This document shows, one piece after another, positions 51,475-61,077 of a stretch of DNA of 64,000 nt. The stretch is from Bdellovibrionales bacterium (GTDB lineage Bacteria > Bdellovibrionota > Bdellovibrionia > Bdellovibrionales > CAYMLA01). The stretch is from contig OZ244239.1 of the NCBI GenBank assembly GCA_965217115.1, forward strand, positions 1,920,001 through 1,984,000, given 5' to 3'. The stretch's first letter is position 1. Every line of letters begins with the position of its first letter. The notes beneath the pieces were generated by a model. That model worked only from the letters and a program-made list of their open reading frames with translations, was not told where the DNA came from and made no database searches. Made by a program: the position numbers and the translations under genes.

Positions 51475-51885
51475 CTAGTGAAGAATGAACCCGTTTTTAT
51501 CGTAAACTTGGTTTCCATCTTGAAAGCCATCTATATTTTTATTTGTTAATAAATTAACTTTTCCAGAAATAGGCCACTCAAAATCATAAAACGACCCATA
51601 TTGCCAAGCCACAAAGAAATATTCTATCACAGTAAAGATTCCATCTGGACCACATGTGTCCATTTGTGCTATTCTTGATTTTTGTGCAATTGGCTGAACT
51701 TTAGACATTCTTATCGCTTCGTTATAGCATTCTTCAACTGTATTAAGCTCTTTGACTAAAGTTCTCGCGGATGTCTTTTCGATACAGCCGTATTCAACAC
51801 TAATTTTCTTGAATTCGAGAAAACACCGTGAAGCAAAAGATGAAGTCGATACTAACAACAATAAACTTAATAAAATAATTTTCAT
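51475..51885 (-). CDS. Small secreted Cys-containing hypothetical protein
   Basis: Signal peptide MKIILLSLLLLVSTSSFA, 4 Cys, GGGAG RBS. Confidence 0.8.
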   Translation of the reverse strand: MKIILLSLLLLVSTSSFASRCFLEFKKISVEYGCIEKTSARTLVKELNTVEECYNEAIRMSKVQPIAQKSRIAQMDTCGPDGIFTVIEYFFVAWQYGSFYDFEWPISGKVNLLTNKNIDGFQDGNQVYDKNGFILH

Positions 51886-52037
51886 TTCAATCTCCCTGTA
51901 GTTTAGATACTATTGCTATTGCCATTACTATTCCAAGATCAGGTCGAAATTAACAAAGGTTGAGTGTTTTTCTCTGCTCAGAAAATAGACAGGCCTTATA
52001 AGAGAGACAAAAATTGTCATAATTTTGTTTTTCTGAG

Positions 52038-52061
52038 GGTTCTTTGTGATAAATAGTGGAA
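52038..52061 (+). repeat. 24-bp direct repeat, copy 2
   Basis: Identical to 51321-51344. Confidence 0.9.
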
Positions 52062-52103
52062 CTGTTCCCAAGAGATCCATTGACCCATTGATTGAATACG
52101 GCC

Positions 52104-52552
52104 TTTTTTTCTAGAGTCTCTCCCAAAAGAATCCAGTTCTTTTCGGCGAGTTTGGCTTGGCGACTTCCATTGCATTTCCCTGCAATGGAAGGTGACAAAC
52201 GGATGTTTGAGCAAGAAAAGGGCTGGATTCTTTTGGGAGAGACTCTAGAAAAAAAACGACTCATTAGAAAAAAACTGCCTCCACCATTGTTTGTCATATG
52301 TTTGTCATAAAGAATCCAGATAGTTCAAGAAAACTATAAGAGCCTTCTCCCTAGAATATCTCCCAAAAGAATCCAGTTCTTTTCGGCGAGTTTGGCTTGG
52401 CGACTTCCATTGCATTTCTTTGCAATGGGAGGTGACAAACGAATGTTTGAGCAAGAAAAGGGCTGGATTCTTTTGGGAGAGACTCTAGAAAAAAAACAGC
52501 TCATCAGAAAAAAACTGCCTCCACTATTGTTTGCCTGTTTGCCATAAAGAAT
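52104..52552 (+). repeat. Two tandem ~150-bp palindromic hairpin elements (period 240 bp), same core as the 4.3-5.9 kb array
   Basis: Arms 52104-52144 and 52215-52255 form a 41-bp stem with two T.G pairs; apical CTTCCATTGCA/TGCAATGGAAG; second copy 52351-52496. Confidence 0.95.
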
Positions 52553-52746
52553 TTCCATTATTCCTTGTAGATGCCTAATAATGGCAATCTGTGCAGAAGC
52601 TAGACAGGTCGAAACCCCTCAAATGCCGATAAATTGATATCTGAGCTATTTTCCTAGGGGCATAAAATGTGTATTTTATACCTCTTGAACCCCTTGAAGT
52701 TAACGATATCAACCAAATTTAAGGGAAGATAGAGGCTATAGATACA

Positions 52747-53532
52747 ATGAAAACACTATTTTCTCAGTACATTCAAAAAGAGTTACTTGAACGTTGTCAG
52801 AGAAACCCTGCCTATTCTCTGCGTTCGTTAGGTAAGAGTTTGAGTGTGCCTCCTTCTAGCCTTTCTGAGTGGATGAGTGGCAAGAGAGCACCTAAGATGG
52901 AACATGCAGAGAGCATCCTAAAACTATTAGAGTGTCCCCAAGAAAAAGTAAAAGAAATTCTTTGGGAAATTAAAATTTCAGATATTTCCAAAGAGTTGAT
53001 GATCAAGGAGAATATAGAAAAAATTGAAGCAGAATTTGATTCTTCTAGACTAGAGAAAGATATTTTTAAAATGATTTCTAACTGGTATTGCTATGCCATT
53101 GTGAACCTTGTTGAGTTAGAAAATTTTGAATATAGCGTTAAATTTATAGTAAAAACTTTAGGTATTACTGAAGAAGAAGCTCAAGATGCTTTGAAGGTAT
53201 TGCTTAATACTGGAATATTGGTAGAGGAGTCAGGAACCCTAAAGGCTAGCGGAAATAATTTATCTACACAAACAGGTGTTCCCGATCAATCAATTAGAGA
53301 TTTTCACAGACAGATATTATCTCTGGCTCAGGGAGCGTTAGGTCATGTGCCAGTTCAAGATAGAGATTTTACCAATATAATGATGCCCATTAATGTTAAA
53401 AGTATTAATCAAGTAAAAAAAGAAATTACGACCTTTCGGCGTAAAATTTGTAAATTACTTGAGAACGGAGAGAAGACAGAGGTTTATAATCTGTCAATAC
53501 AGTTATTTCCTGTGACGGGGAGGAGTTCATGA
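52747..53532 (+). CDS. TIGR02147/DUF4423-family HTH protein
   Basis: RNPAYSLRSLG..L....SSLSE..SGKR HTH; ISNWY..AI; IRDFHRQ.L; RDFT; VYNL.IQLFP. Confidence 0.85.
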   Translation: MKTLFSQYIQKELLERCQRNPAYSLRSLGKSLSVPPSSLSEWMSGKRAPKMEHAESILKLLECPQEKVKEILWEIKISDISKELMIKENIEKIEAEFDSSRLEKDIFKMISNWYCYAIVNLVELENFEYSVKFIVKTLGITEEEAQDALKVLLNTGILVEESGTLKASGNNLSTQTGVPDQSIRDFHRQILSLAQGALGHVPVQDRDFTNIMMPINVKSINQVKKEITTFRRKICKLLENGEKTEVYNLSIQLFPVTGRSS

Positions 53533-55091
53533 AGAGTGTATTTGTCTCTATTATTGTGATGGTTTTTGTTAACAGTGGATCATTGGCTACGGAATATGTG
53601 GGTTTTCCAGATAGCGTCAATCTTTTGAACGGGTTTTATTTTTTAGATACTTTTGATGAAAGCTCAGAAGTTGAAAGAAAATGGAGGTCGAGATTATTGG
53701 GTGAAGATATTGATGATTATAAAAAAATTATTGATGCAATTGGGGTAGAGCAAATGTTGGGTACAGAGACGGGTAATGGCGGAGATGAAATACGTGATTT
53801 CTTTATTCATGAAGCCATTAAATTAATGGCAGTTTTGGAGAAGCGGCTTGTTTTTCGTTTGTACTATGGCCAATTTATTTGGCCTATGGATTTTTCTAAG
53901 AAAATTAATATTAAAAATATAAAACTGGCCAGTGAGTCTCCTCTTATTGATAATGGTGGTTCTGTTGTGAGTGCACTTGTACTTGATACTAAAAAGCAAG
54001 AAGATTTACGGTCATTGAAAAAATACACTGATGTCTCAAGCCCTTATCTAGATAGATATCTTATCTTAGATTCAAATATTTGGCGGGGGAAAATTAAAAC
54101 TTATGGTAAAAGTCCTTTTCCAACACAGAGGCTCATCATCCATGAAATTTTACGTCTCAATAATGTCAAAGATGATAATTACATTGTGACTGAACAGATA
54201 ATCAAGCAAATGAGAACAAATGTGTCAAAGTTGCCAAATCCCTCTTATAAGATGCACATCGATAATTGGTTAAATCATCCAGATTTTAAAATGAGTAAGT
54301 TGTCTAAAGTTAACCCTCATTTAGCAAAAGAAGTTTCTGACGATTTAATTCAATTGGATTTGGCAAGCCGTTTCAAAGAGTTAGTTTTTTTCCACATTGA
54401 TGAAGGAAAATTGCGGGAGTATCATTTTCAAGGGAAAGGTGATTTATTAGAGAGTTTCTCCCATTTAATTAGACGGGCACAGAATTCCATAGATTCTATT
54501 GAAATCGTGGAAAATAATATCGATAGGTATCAATATTCTATTGAACAAAGACTTTATTCAGCGCATCTTTTCTCAGATAGGCTAAGAAATAATAAAATAA
54601 AGTTATTGAAAACTGTTTCGTTCTTATTTGATCAGTATTGGGGGACATTTTTAAAAATTTTCGAAACGATGAATAGAGATTCTCTTTTGACAAGAAAAGG
54701 TGTTTTGTTTTGTGAGAATCAATTCTCTGCAGGAGACACTCAAAGGGTTCGTGTTCAATCTACTGGAGTAGGAAGTGATATTTTGAGGGTGATACTTACT
54801 CAGAAAACACGAGATCCTGTTGCACAAGTGATTGGGGGCAATTTTAGATTTGATAGATCTAATGCTAAGAATAATATCTATGGGCTAGTGAATTTAACGG
54901 GAGAGAGTCAAAAATCTAGAAATGGGGTAGATATGATCCTTCGTCTTAATCAGGAACTTCTTAAGGAAAAAGACAAGGTTCCTGCTCACTTGGTTATTTA
55001 TAATTTTTTAAACTATAAAGACAGCACTATTCCCTTATTTTGCACTAATAAATCAGAGGGAGTCGATGTGACTCGTTTTCATACAAAATAA
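53529..55091 (+). CDS. Hypothetical secreted protein with GxExGNGGD motif
   Basis: Signal-like N-terminus, GTETGNGGD, LIIHEILR; ATGA-coupled to the TIGR02147 gene. Confidence 0.75.
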   Translation: MKSVFVSIIVMVFVNSGSLATEYVGFPDSVNLLNGFYFLDTFDESSEVERKWRSRLLGEDIDDYKKIIDAIGVEQMLGTETGNGGDEIRDFFIHEAIKLMAVLEKRLVFRLYYGQFIWPMDFSKKINIKNIKLASESPLIDNGGSVVSALVLDTKKQEDLRSLKKYTDVSSPYLDRYLILDSNIWRGKIKTYGKSPFPTQRLIIHEILRLNNVKDDNYIVTEQIIKQMRTNVSKLPNPSYKMHIDNWLNHPDFKMSKLSKVNPHLAKEVSDDLIQLDLASRFKELVFFHIDEGKLREYHFQGKGDLLESFSHLIRRAQNSIDSIEIVENNIDRYQYSIEQRLYSAHLFSDRLRNNKIKLLKTVSFLFDQYWGTFLKIFETMNRDSLLTRKGVLFCENQFSAGDTQRVRVQSTGVGSDILRVILTQKTRDPVAQVIGGNFRFDRSNAKNNIYGLVNLTGESQKSRNGVDMILRLNQELLKEKDKVPAHLVIYNFLNYKDSTIPLFCTNKSEGVDVTRFHTK

Positions 55092-55093
55092 TG

Positions 55094-55900
55094 TTAAAAC
55101 AAATTCAGAGGGTAGCTCACGTCAATAGCTTCTCCTGGAAAAGGTTTAATGCGGATGCGATTAAAAATAGTTTGTACGCATCTATGAAAGTCTTTTGCAT
55201 TAATAAAACTACTATTGAGAATTTTAGTATTAGCTAAAACCCCTTTAGGCAGAGCGATGAAGTGAACTGTGATTTTTCCGCCATTTTTGAGGTTGGGGTA
55301 TCTGCGTAGATAAGAGGCGTAACATCTCTGTATGTAGAGATATCCTTTTTGGTCCTTAATGGCTTGTTTTAGAGAATCATTGGTCAAAGGGGCTAAAAGG
55401 TTTGTGGGTTTTTTCTTGCGAGTCGAAATTATTTTTAGTTTAGAGATAGGAGTTGTCGAGAAATTTTCAGGGCTGTAGAGTTCTCCTTGATACTCAATTT
55501 TAATAAATTTTGTACGCCCTTTTCTTAGAACTGTGAAATTTCCTGAAAATAATCGAATGAGAGTCACTTGTGATAGTGACGGATGACTTGGTAGTAATTG
55601 CAAGGCGCTGTTCTCTAAAAATTTTATTCTATAGCCGCTGGGAAAGCCAATAGTGATTGAACTCTTATTGGGAACGGTGATTTGATTCATGGGAAATAAA
55701 GATCGCCTTGGGGAGGCTTCAAGAAATTTACCGTCTGCCCATATTTTCACTGGCCCTTGCACAGATTGAATTTGTCCAAGGGGAGAGATTGATTGGTTGG
55801 GTGGTGTATCTCTGCTGATAAATGATGTGAGTTGTCCTGAGAATAAGATCAGAGAAATACCGAGAATAAGCATGGCGGATAGCAAGATGACTCGTGACAT
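55094..55900 (-). CDS. Membrane-anchored FecR-like + AgmX/PglI-type TonB-C domain protein
   Basis: N-terminal TM; C-terminal IQRCY...GKITVHF...RCV...YPL.F. Confidence 0.7.
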   Translation of the reverse strand: MSRVILLSAMLILGISLILFSGQLTSFISRDTPPNQSISPLGQIQSVQGPVKIWADGKFLEASPRRSLFPMNQITVPNKSSITIGFPSGYRIKFLENSALQLLPSHPSLSQVTLIRLFSGNFTVLRKGRTKFIKIEYQGELYSPENFSTTPISKLKIISTRKKKPTNLLAPLTNDSLKQAIKDQKGYLYIQRCYASYLRRYPNLKNGGKITVHFIALPKGVLANTKILNSSFINAKDFHRCVQTIFNRIRIKPFPGEAIDVSYPLNLF

Positions 55901-55911
55901 TCTATTTGCTT

Positions 55912-56241
55912 TTATTTTGTGGTCTTTTCTTCAGGAAGATTTTTAGAAGTGTCTTTTGTTACGGGCGATTGAACTTTTACTGGGTTATAACTATCCAAGA
56001 CACTGGAGTTTTGTTTTGAGCTGTAATAGGCAAGGAAAATACTCGTTCCAGCAAAAATGATTGCAATGATACGAGTTGCTTTAACGAGTATGCCGCTAGC
56101 TCCAGAGGCTCCGAGTAGGCTGCTAGAGCTGCCACCACCTGTGAGTCCACCCATACCGTCATTTTTAGGGTCTTGAATAAGAACGAGAAGAATTAAAAGA
56201 ACGGCGATAACAATATGAATGGTTGTAAAAAGTGTTAGCAT
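55912..56241 (-). CDS. secG: Preprotein translocase subunit SecG
   Basis: Two TMs with VLIQ.PK and Gly/Ser linker, KATR; ATG 56241 after GGAGG. Confidence 0.9.
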   Translation of the reverse strand: MLTLFTTIHIVIAVLLILLVLIQDPKNDGMGGLTGGGSSSSLLGASGASGILVKATRIIAIIFAGTSIFLAYYSSKQNSSVLDSYNPVKVQSPVTKDTSKNLPEEKTTK

Positions 56242-56470
56242 TTGTGTTTCCTCCAAAACGGGGAGTATAGGGGGTTAGCTACTGAGTTGTCCACAAGAAT
56301 TTAGGAAATTCTACTAAATATGTTTATAATCCTCTCTGGTGAATTACATTGAAAACCCAGTATGGCGAGGCGTGTCTAAGTTCTTTGCTCTCTTCTGGTT
56401 TGATGTGTGGTGGCTATATATGCTAATTGTTTGTAAAAAATAAACGTCTGTTTTTGGAGTTACAGTAGAG

Positions 56471-57094
56471 ATGCCTTTTGTTGTGTTTGAAGGATTAGAT
56501 GGTTGTGGTAAATCGACTTTGCTAAAGAAGTTGCAGGTTTTTTTAGAGAGTAATTCACAGAAAGTCACTGTTAGTCGTGAGCCTGGGGGGACAGAGTTAG
56601 GTCGTACGATTCGTCAGCTTTTATTAAGCCATTCTCTTGATCCACCTGTGGCCAAGGCAGAGGTGTTGCTCTATCTTGCCGACCGCGCTCAACATGTAGA
56701 GACGTTGATTCGTCCTTCTTTGACTCAAGGACATTGGGTTTTGTCTGATCGTTTTAAAGGGAGCACCGTTGCTTTCCAGGAAGGGGGGCGGAGTTTGCAG
56801 TCAGAGCAGATTCGTCAACTTAATGATTTTGCTGTTTCTGGGTGCGATGCTGATTTGACTGTGTTGTTGGATTTATCTGTTGAGGAGAGTCAATCGAGAA
56901 TTAATCAAAGGGGTGGGGAGCAGGATCGTTTGGAATCAGAAAGCCTAGAGTTTCACCAGAGGGTTCGTCAGAGCTTTCTGCGTCAAGCCAAGGAAGAGAA
57001 AAACTGGTTAGTACTCGATGCTGTGTGCACGCCAGATGAATTATTTACGAATTTAAAAAGTGAGTTTAAGAGGAGAGGATGGGACGAATTTTAG
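56471..57094 (+). CDS. tmk: Thymidylate kinase
   Basis: FEGLDGCGKST, REPGGT, ADRAQH, DRF. Confidence 0.96.
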   Translation: MPFVVFEGLDGCGKSTLLKKLQVFLESNSQKVTVSREPGGTELGRTIRQLLLSHSLDPPVAKAEVLLYLADRAQHVETLIRPSLTQGHWVLSDRFKGSTVAFQEGGRSLQSEQIRQLNDFAVSGCDADLTVLLDLSVEESQSRINQRGGEQDRLESESLEFHQRVRQSFLRQAKEEKNWLVLDAVCTPDELFTNLKSEFKRRGWDEF

Positions 57095-58068
57095 ACAGTG
57101 TTTTAGGACACGAAGGTCAAATCAGCTCTCTTTTGCAAGTGATTGAGGCGGGGCGATTGCCTTCGACATTGCTTTTTTGTGGGTTAGAGGGAGTTGGCAA
57201 GAAAAAGGTGGCCTTGGCAATGGCGCAGATCCTGGTTTGCGAAAAGAGAGAGGGCTGTGGAGAGTGTCCTCCCTGTGTGCGTCTTGATAATGGTCAGAGC
57301 GAATCGTTGCTGCTGATCTCTCAGGAGAAGAGAGGTTCTTTGATTAAGGCGGAGGAAAGCCGTCAGGTTTTGAAGTTTCTTCGCTTAAAAATGGATGGGG
57401 GCTGTTCTCGGGTGATTGTCATTGATGGTGCAGATCGATTGAACCCCCATGCAGCCAATATTTTGCTTAAGACTTTGGAGGAGCCTCCTGAGAGGACCTA
57501 CTTTATATTGATTGCCAGTGGCTTGGGAGCTGTCTTGCCGACGATCCGTTCCCGTTCACAGGTGATCCGTTTCTCTCCTTTATCTAATGGGATATTAAAA
57601 AAATACGTTCATTCAAAAGGGGGGGGGCCAGAAGACGGAGTTATTGCAGACTGGATTATTGATGCCAGTGGTGGCTCTCTGGGAAAATTAGAGAGAATGG
57701 GGGATGGTTCATGGGGAGAGGTAAGACAAGCGGCCATGAATTTTATGAGTGGGGCTTTGAATGGGAATATGGATTATTTTCACTCTCTGAAGGGTCTAGT
57801 TAGAGATAGGGAAGAGGCACTTTTTATGAGTCGCTGGTTACAGACTGTCTTGCGTGATGGACTTTGGGCAAAGACCCATAGTGAGGGCTGGCTAAATGGT
57901 GATTGTCAGGGTATGGTGGATTATCTTGCACAAATGAGGGCGAGGAGTTTACTTGAGATGGCTGATGGGGCCAAGGGTGTGGAGATTGGGATCCAAGCAA
58001 ATTTTGATAGAACTCTTTTGTTTGAAGATCTTTGGTATAAGTATCGTGATGTTATGAATTTGTCGTGA
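57079..58068 (+). CDS. holB: DNA polymerase III delta-prime subunit
   Basis: G.EGVGK, C..C..C zinc site, AANILLKTLEEP, LPTIRSR. Confidence 0.93.
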   Translation: MGRILDSVLGHEGQISSLLQVIEAGRLPSTLLFCGLEGVGKKKVALAMAQILVCEKREGCGECPPCVRLDNGQSESLLLISQEKRGSLIKAEESRQVLKFLRLKMDGGCSRVIVIDGADRLNPHAANILLKTLEEPPERTYFILIASGLGAVLPTIRSRSQVIRFSPLSNGILKKYVHSKGGGPEDGVIADWIIDASGGSLGKLERMGDGSWGEVRQAAMNFMSGALNGNMDYFHSLKGLVRDREEALFMSRWLQTVLRDGLWAKTHSEGWLNGDCQGMVDYLAQMRARSLLEMADGAKGVEIGIQANFDRTLLFEDLWYKYRDVMNLS

Positions 58069-58114
58069 CTTAGATTTTATTAATGAATAGCTACGTTGGT
58101 TAAAGGAAGTAATT

Positions 58115-59176
58115 TTGGAAAAAGAAGAGACACAAGAAATTGAAGATATAGCTAAGAACACTATTAAGAGCGTACCCCGTTTAAAAGGTAAAGTTCTGGA
58201 TACCGAGGGTATTCCCAGTTGGATTTATGAATTGGAGGAAGAGGAGAGAGAGTTTATCCGTATTGCGGGAATCGCTTTTAATGAAACAGGACGAGTGTTT
58301 GATTACAATGCTGGTGAGCTAGATTTACAAATAGGTACATTGGTCGTGGCAGAGGTTCCAGAAAAGGGTTTGATGATAGGGAGAATTGCCAAGCCTCCTT
58401 TGAAAATCGATAACACTGAGTTGAAATTAAAACTCCGTCATATCTCGCGTATAGCAACGGAGAAGGACGAAGAGGATTATGAGAGGCAAAAAAACAAAGA
58501 GGAGTTGGCTTACGATTATGCCACGTCTTATATTTCTCAATTAAAGTTGGATATGCAATTATTGAGAGTGGATTTTACTTTGGACAGTCGCAAGGCTTTG
58601 GTTTACTTCAGTGCTGAAAACCGTGTGGATTTCCGTGAGTTGTTAAAAATGTTAGTTAGAGATTTAAAATCCCGAGTGGAGTTACGCCAAGTCGGAGTGA
58701 GAGATCAGACAAAAATGGAAGGGGCCTTAGGGGCCTGCGGAGTGGAGGCATGCTGCAGTCGCTTTATTGGTAAGTTTCATGGTGTGAGCATAAAAATGGC
58801 TAAGGTTCAAAATCTATCGTTGAAACCGACGAAGGTCAGTGGAGTTTGTGGCCGTTTGAAGTGTTGTTTGGCCTATGAATATAAGGTTTATCAGGAGGGA
58901 ATTAAGAAAGTTCCCAAAAAAGGTAAATGTGTTTCTTGCGGTAGTAAGTGTGGAGTGGTGCAGGATGTGGATGTTTTGCGTGAATTGGTGACGATTTTAT
59001 CAAATGACGGAACGGTTCACGTGGTGAAGGCCAAGGATGTGGTAGAAGTGGGACGAGATGGCAAGCCGTTTCCTAAGGAAAAAATGGTGGCGACAACTGA
59101 CGAAGATGTTTTGCGTGACCAAATTCTTTCACAAACAGAGCAGGTGGAAGAAAACAATAGCGATGAAGCGAATTAG
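58115..59176 (+). CDS. ricT: PSP1-domain protein RicT (YaaT)
   Basis: RVDFRELL, GACG..ACC, SIKMAK.QNLSL, SGVCGRLKCCL.YE. Confidence 0.92.
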   Translation: MEKEETQEIEDIAKNTIKSVPRLKGKVLDTEGIPSWIYELEEEEREFIRIAGIAFNETGRVFDYNAGELDLQIGTLVVAEVPEKGLMIGRIAKPPLKIDNTELKLKLRHISRIATEKDEEDYERQKNKEELAYDYATSYISQLKLDMQLLRVDFTLDSRKALVYFSAENRVDFRELLKMLVRDLKSRVELRQVGVRDQTKMEGALGACGVEACCSRFIGKFHGVSIKMAKVQNLSLKPTKVSGVCGRLKCCLAYEYKVYQEGIKKVPKKGKCVSCGSKCGVVQDVDVLRELVTILSNDGTVHVVKAKDVVEVGRDGKPFPKEKMVATTDEDVLRDQILSQTEQVEENNSDEAN

Positions 59177-59178
59177 AA

Positions 59179-59994
59179 ATGGAGTGGATTGATATTCACA
59201 CCCATTTGAATTTTCTTGAAGGAACACCTGAGGAGGCTATCCAGAGAGCCAGGCAGGTGGGGGTTGAGAGGATGATCACTATTGGCACAGAGCCAGAGGA
59301 TCACTCGATTGTTCTGGATTTAGCGCGAAAATTTTCTCCCCATGTGTTTTGTACTTTAGGGGTTCATCCCCATGAGGCGAAGAAATACGATGATTTGGTC
59401 GAGACATTCTTGCGCAAGAATCTTCCCGATAGAAGAGTTGTTGCTGTGGCTGAAATTGGTTTGGATTATTACTATGACAGCAGTCCTCGGGATGTACAGA
59501 GGGATGTTTTTCGTCGTCAGTTAGAGTTGGCTTGTGAGTTTGATTTGCCGATTGAGATTCATACCCGTGATGCGGAAGAGGACACGGTGAAAATTTTAAA
59601 AGAATTTTCAGGGAGAGTTCGCGGAGTGATTCATTGTTTTACGGGGACTCAATACTTAGCTGATGAAGCTTTGGCCTTGGGTTATAATATTTCGTTCAGT
59701 GGTATTGTGACCTTTCGAAGTGCAGAGTCTTTGCGAGAAGTGTTAAAGACGGTGCCCTTAGATCGTCTTCATGTGGAGACGGACGCTCCTTATCTAGCTC
59801 CAGTTCCCCATCGCGGTAAGAAGAATGAACCTGCTTTTGTGGTAGACACGGCGAAATTGGTGGCAGAGATCAAGGGTGTCTCTTTGCAGGAGCTTTGTGA
59901 TCAGACCAGAGCCAATGCTCTGGCGATGTTTCCAAAATTAGTTTGGATTCGTTCACCACAAGAAGTCCAAGAGAATCCAGAAGAGTCTCTTTAA
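59179..59994 (+). CDS. tatD: TatD-family hydrolase
   Basis: DIHTH, GVHPH, EIGLDYY, HCFTG, ETDAPYL. Confidence 0.93.
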   Translation: MEWIDIHTHLNFLEGTPEEAIQRARQVGVERMITIGTEPEDHSIVLDLARKFSPHVFCTLGVHPHEAKKYDDLVETFLRKNLPDRRVVAVAEIGLDYYYDSSPRDVQRDVFRRQLELACEFDLPIEIHTRDAEEDTVKILKEFSGRVRGVIHCFTGTQYLADEALALGYNISFSGIVTFRSAESLREVLKTVPLDRLHVETDAPYLAPVPHRGKKNEPAFVVDTAKLVAEIKGVSLQELCDQTRANALAMFPKLVWIRSPQEVQENPEESL

Positions 59995-60071
59995 AAGCAC
60001 GTCTCTCTTTGCCCAAATCAAATATTTGTGGTACACCCCTGAAGTGAATTCTAGTTATTTGGAGGCTGATT

Positions 60072-61076
60072 TTGTCTAAATTAAAAGTGGGTATTAATGG
60101 TTTTGGTCGTATTGGTCGTGTTCTGCTTCGTGCGGGATTTGATCAGATAGATATCGCTGGAATTAACTGCGTAGGTGATCCAAAAACCTATGCACATTTG
60201 TTAAAATATGATTCTAGCCATGGAGCCTTTAATAAAGATGTGTCTGTCGGAGAAGGGTGTTTAATTATTGATGGAAAAAGAATCCCTGTGAGTTCAACTT
60301 ATAAGCCAGAGGAGATTCCTTGGTCTGATTGGGGAGTGGATGTTGTCTTGGAGTGTACAGGTGCTTTTAATAAGAGAGAGCAGGTGTTAAAGCACATTGA
60401 GGTGGGAGCGAAAAAAGTGATTGTTTCAGCTCCCTTCTCAGAGGCTGACTTAACCCTTGTCTATGGAGTGAACCACACTCAGTACAATCATGGGAAGCAT
60501 CATGTGATTAGTAATGCTTCTTGCACGACAAATTGCCTGGCTCCTTTGGCCAAGGTCCTACAGGAAGAATTTGGTATTCATTATGGAATGATGACCACGA
60601 TTCACTCCTACACCAATGATCAGAAAGTTTTGGACACTCCCCATAAGGATTTGCGTCGAGCCAGAACGGCGGCAGTGAATATGATTCCGACGACAACGGG
60701 TGCGGCGAAGGCTGTGGGTTTAGTTCTGCCTGAATTAGCAGGTAAAGTCGATGGGTTTGCTATTCGTGTACCGACGCCTAATGTGAGTTTAGTGGACTTT
60801 ACTTTTGAATCAGTGAAGGCGATTTCAAAAGAGAGTATAAATGCGGCGATTAAGAAATCAGCCGATAGTTCTTTGAAGGGAGTTCTGTCCTATACGAATG
60901 AGCCATTGGTGAGTTCTGATTTTATGAGTGATGTCCATAGCTCTGTTGTCGATTTGGATTTGACGATGGCGGTGTCGGATAAAATGGGAAAGGTGATTTC
61001 TTGGTATGACAATGAAATGGGTTTTTCTAGGCGTATGATAGATATTGTTAAATATATGCAATCTCAAGGTCTATAG
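60072..61076 (+). CDS. gap: Glyceraldehyde-3-phosphate dehydrogenase
   Basis: GINGFGRIGR, SNASCTTNC, SWYDNE. Confidence 0.97.
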   Translation: MSKLKVGINGFGRIGRVLLRAGFDQIDIAGINCVGDPKTYAHLLKYDSSHGAFNKDVSVGEGCLIIDGKRIPVSSTYKPEEIPWSDWGVDVVLECTGAFNKREQVLKHIEVGAKKVIVSAPFSEADLTLVYGVNHTQYNHGKHHVISNASCTTNCLAPLAKVLQEEFGIHYGMMTTIHSYTNDQKVLDTPHKDLRRARTAAVNMIPTTTGAAKAVGLVLPELAGKVDGFAIRVPTPNVSLVDFTFESVKAISKESINAAIKKSADSSLKGVLSYTNEPLVSSDFMSDVHSSVVDLDLTMAVSDKMGKVISWYDNEMGFSRRMIDIVKYMQSQGL

Positions 61077-61077
61077 A

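Noticed and set aside
51950..52558. Short ORFs at 51950, 52017, 52092 and 52334
   Set aside because: Artefacts of the palindrome: the same peptides appear on both strands.
55901..55911. tRNA-Leu after secG
   Set aside because: Only 11 bp separate secG from the next gene; I saw no tRNA-like sequence anywhere in the window.
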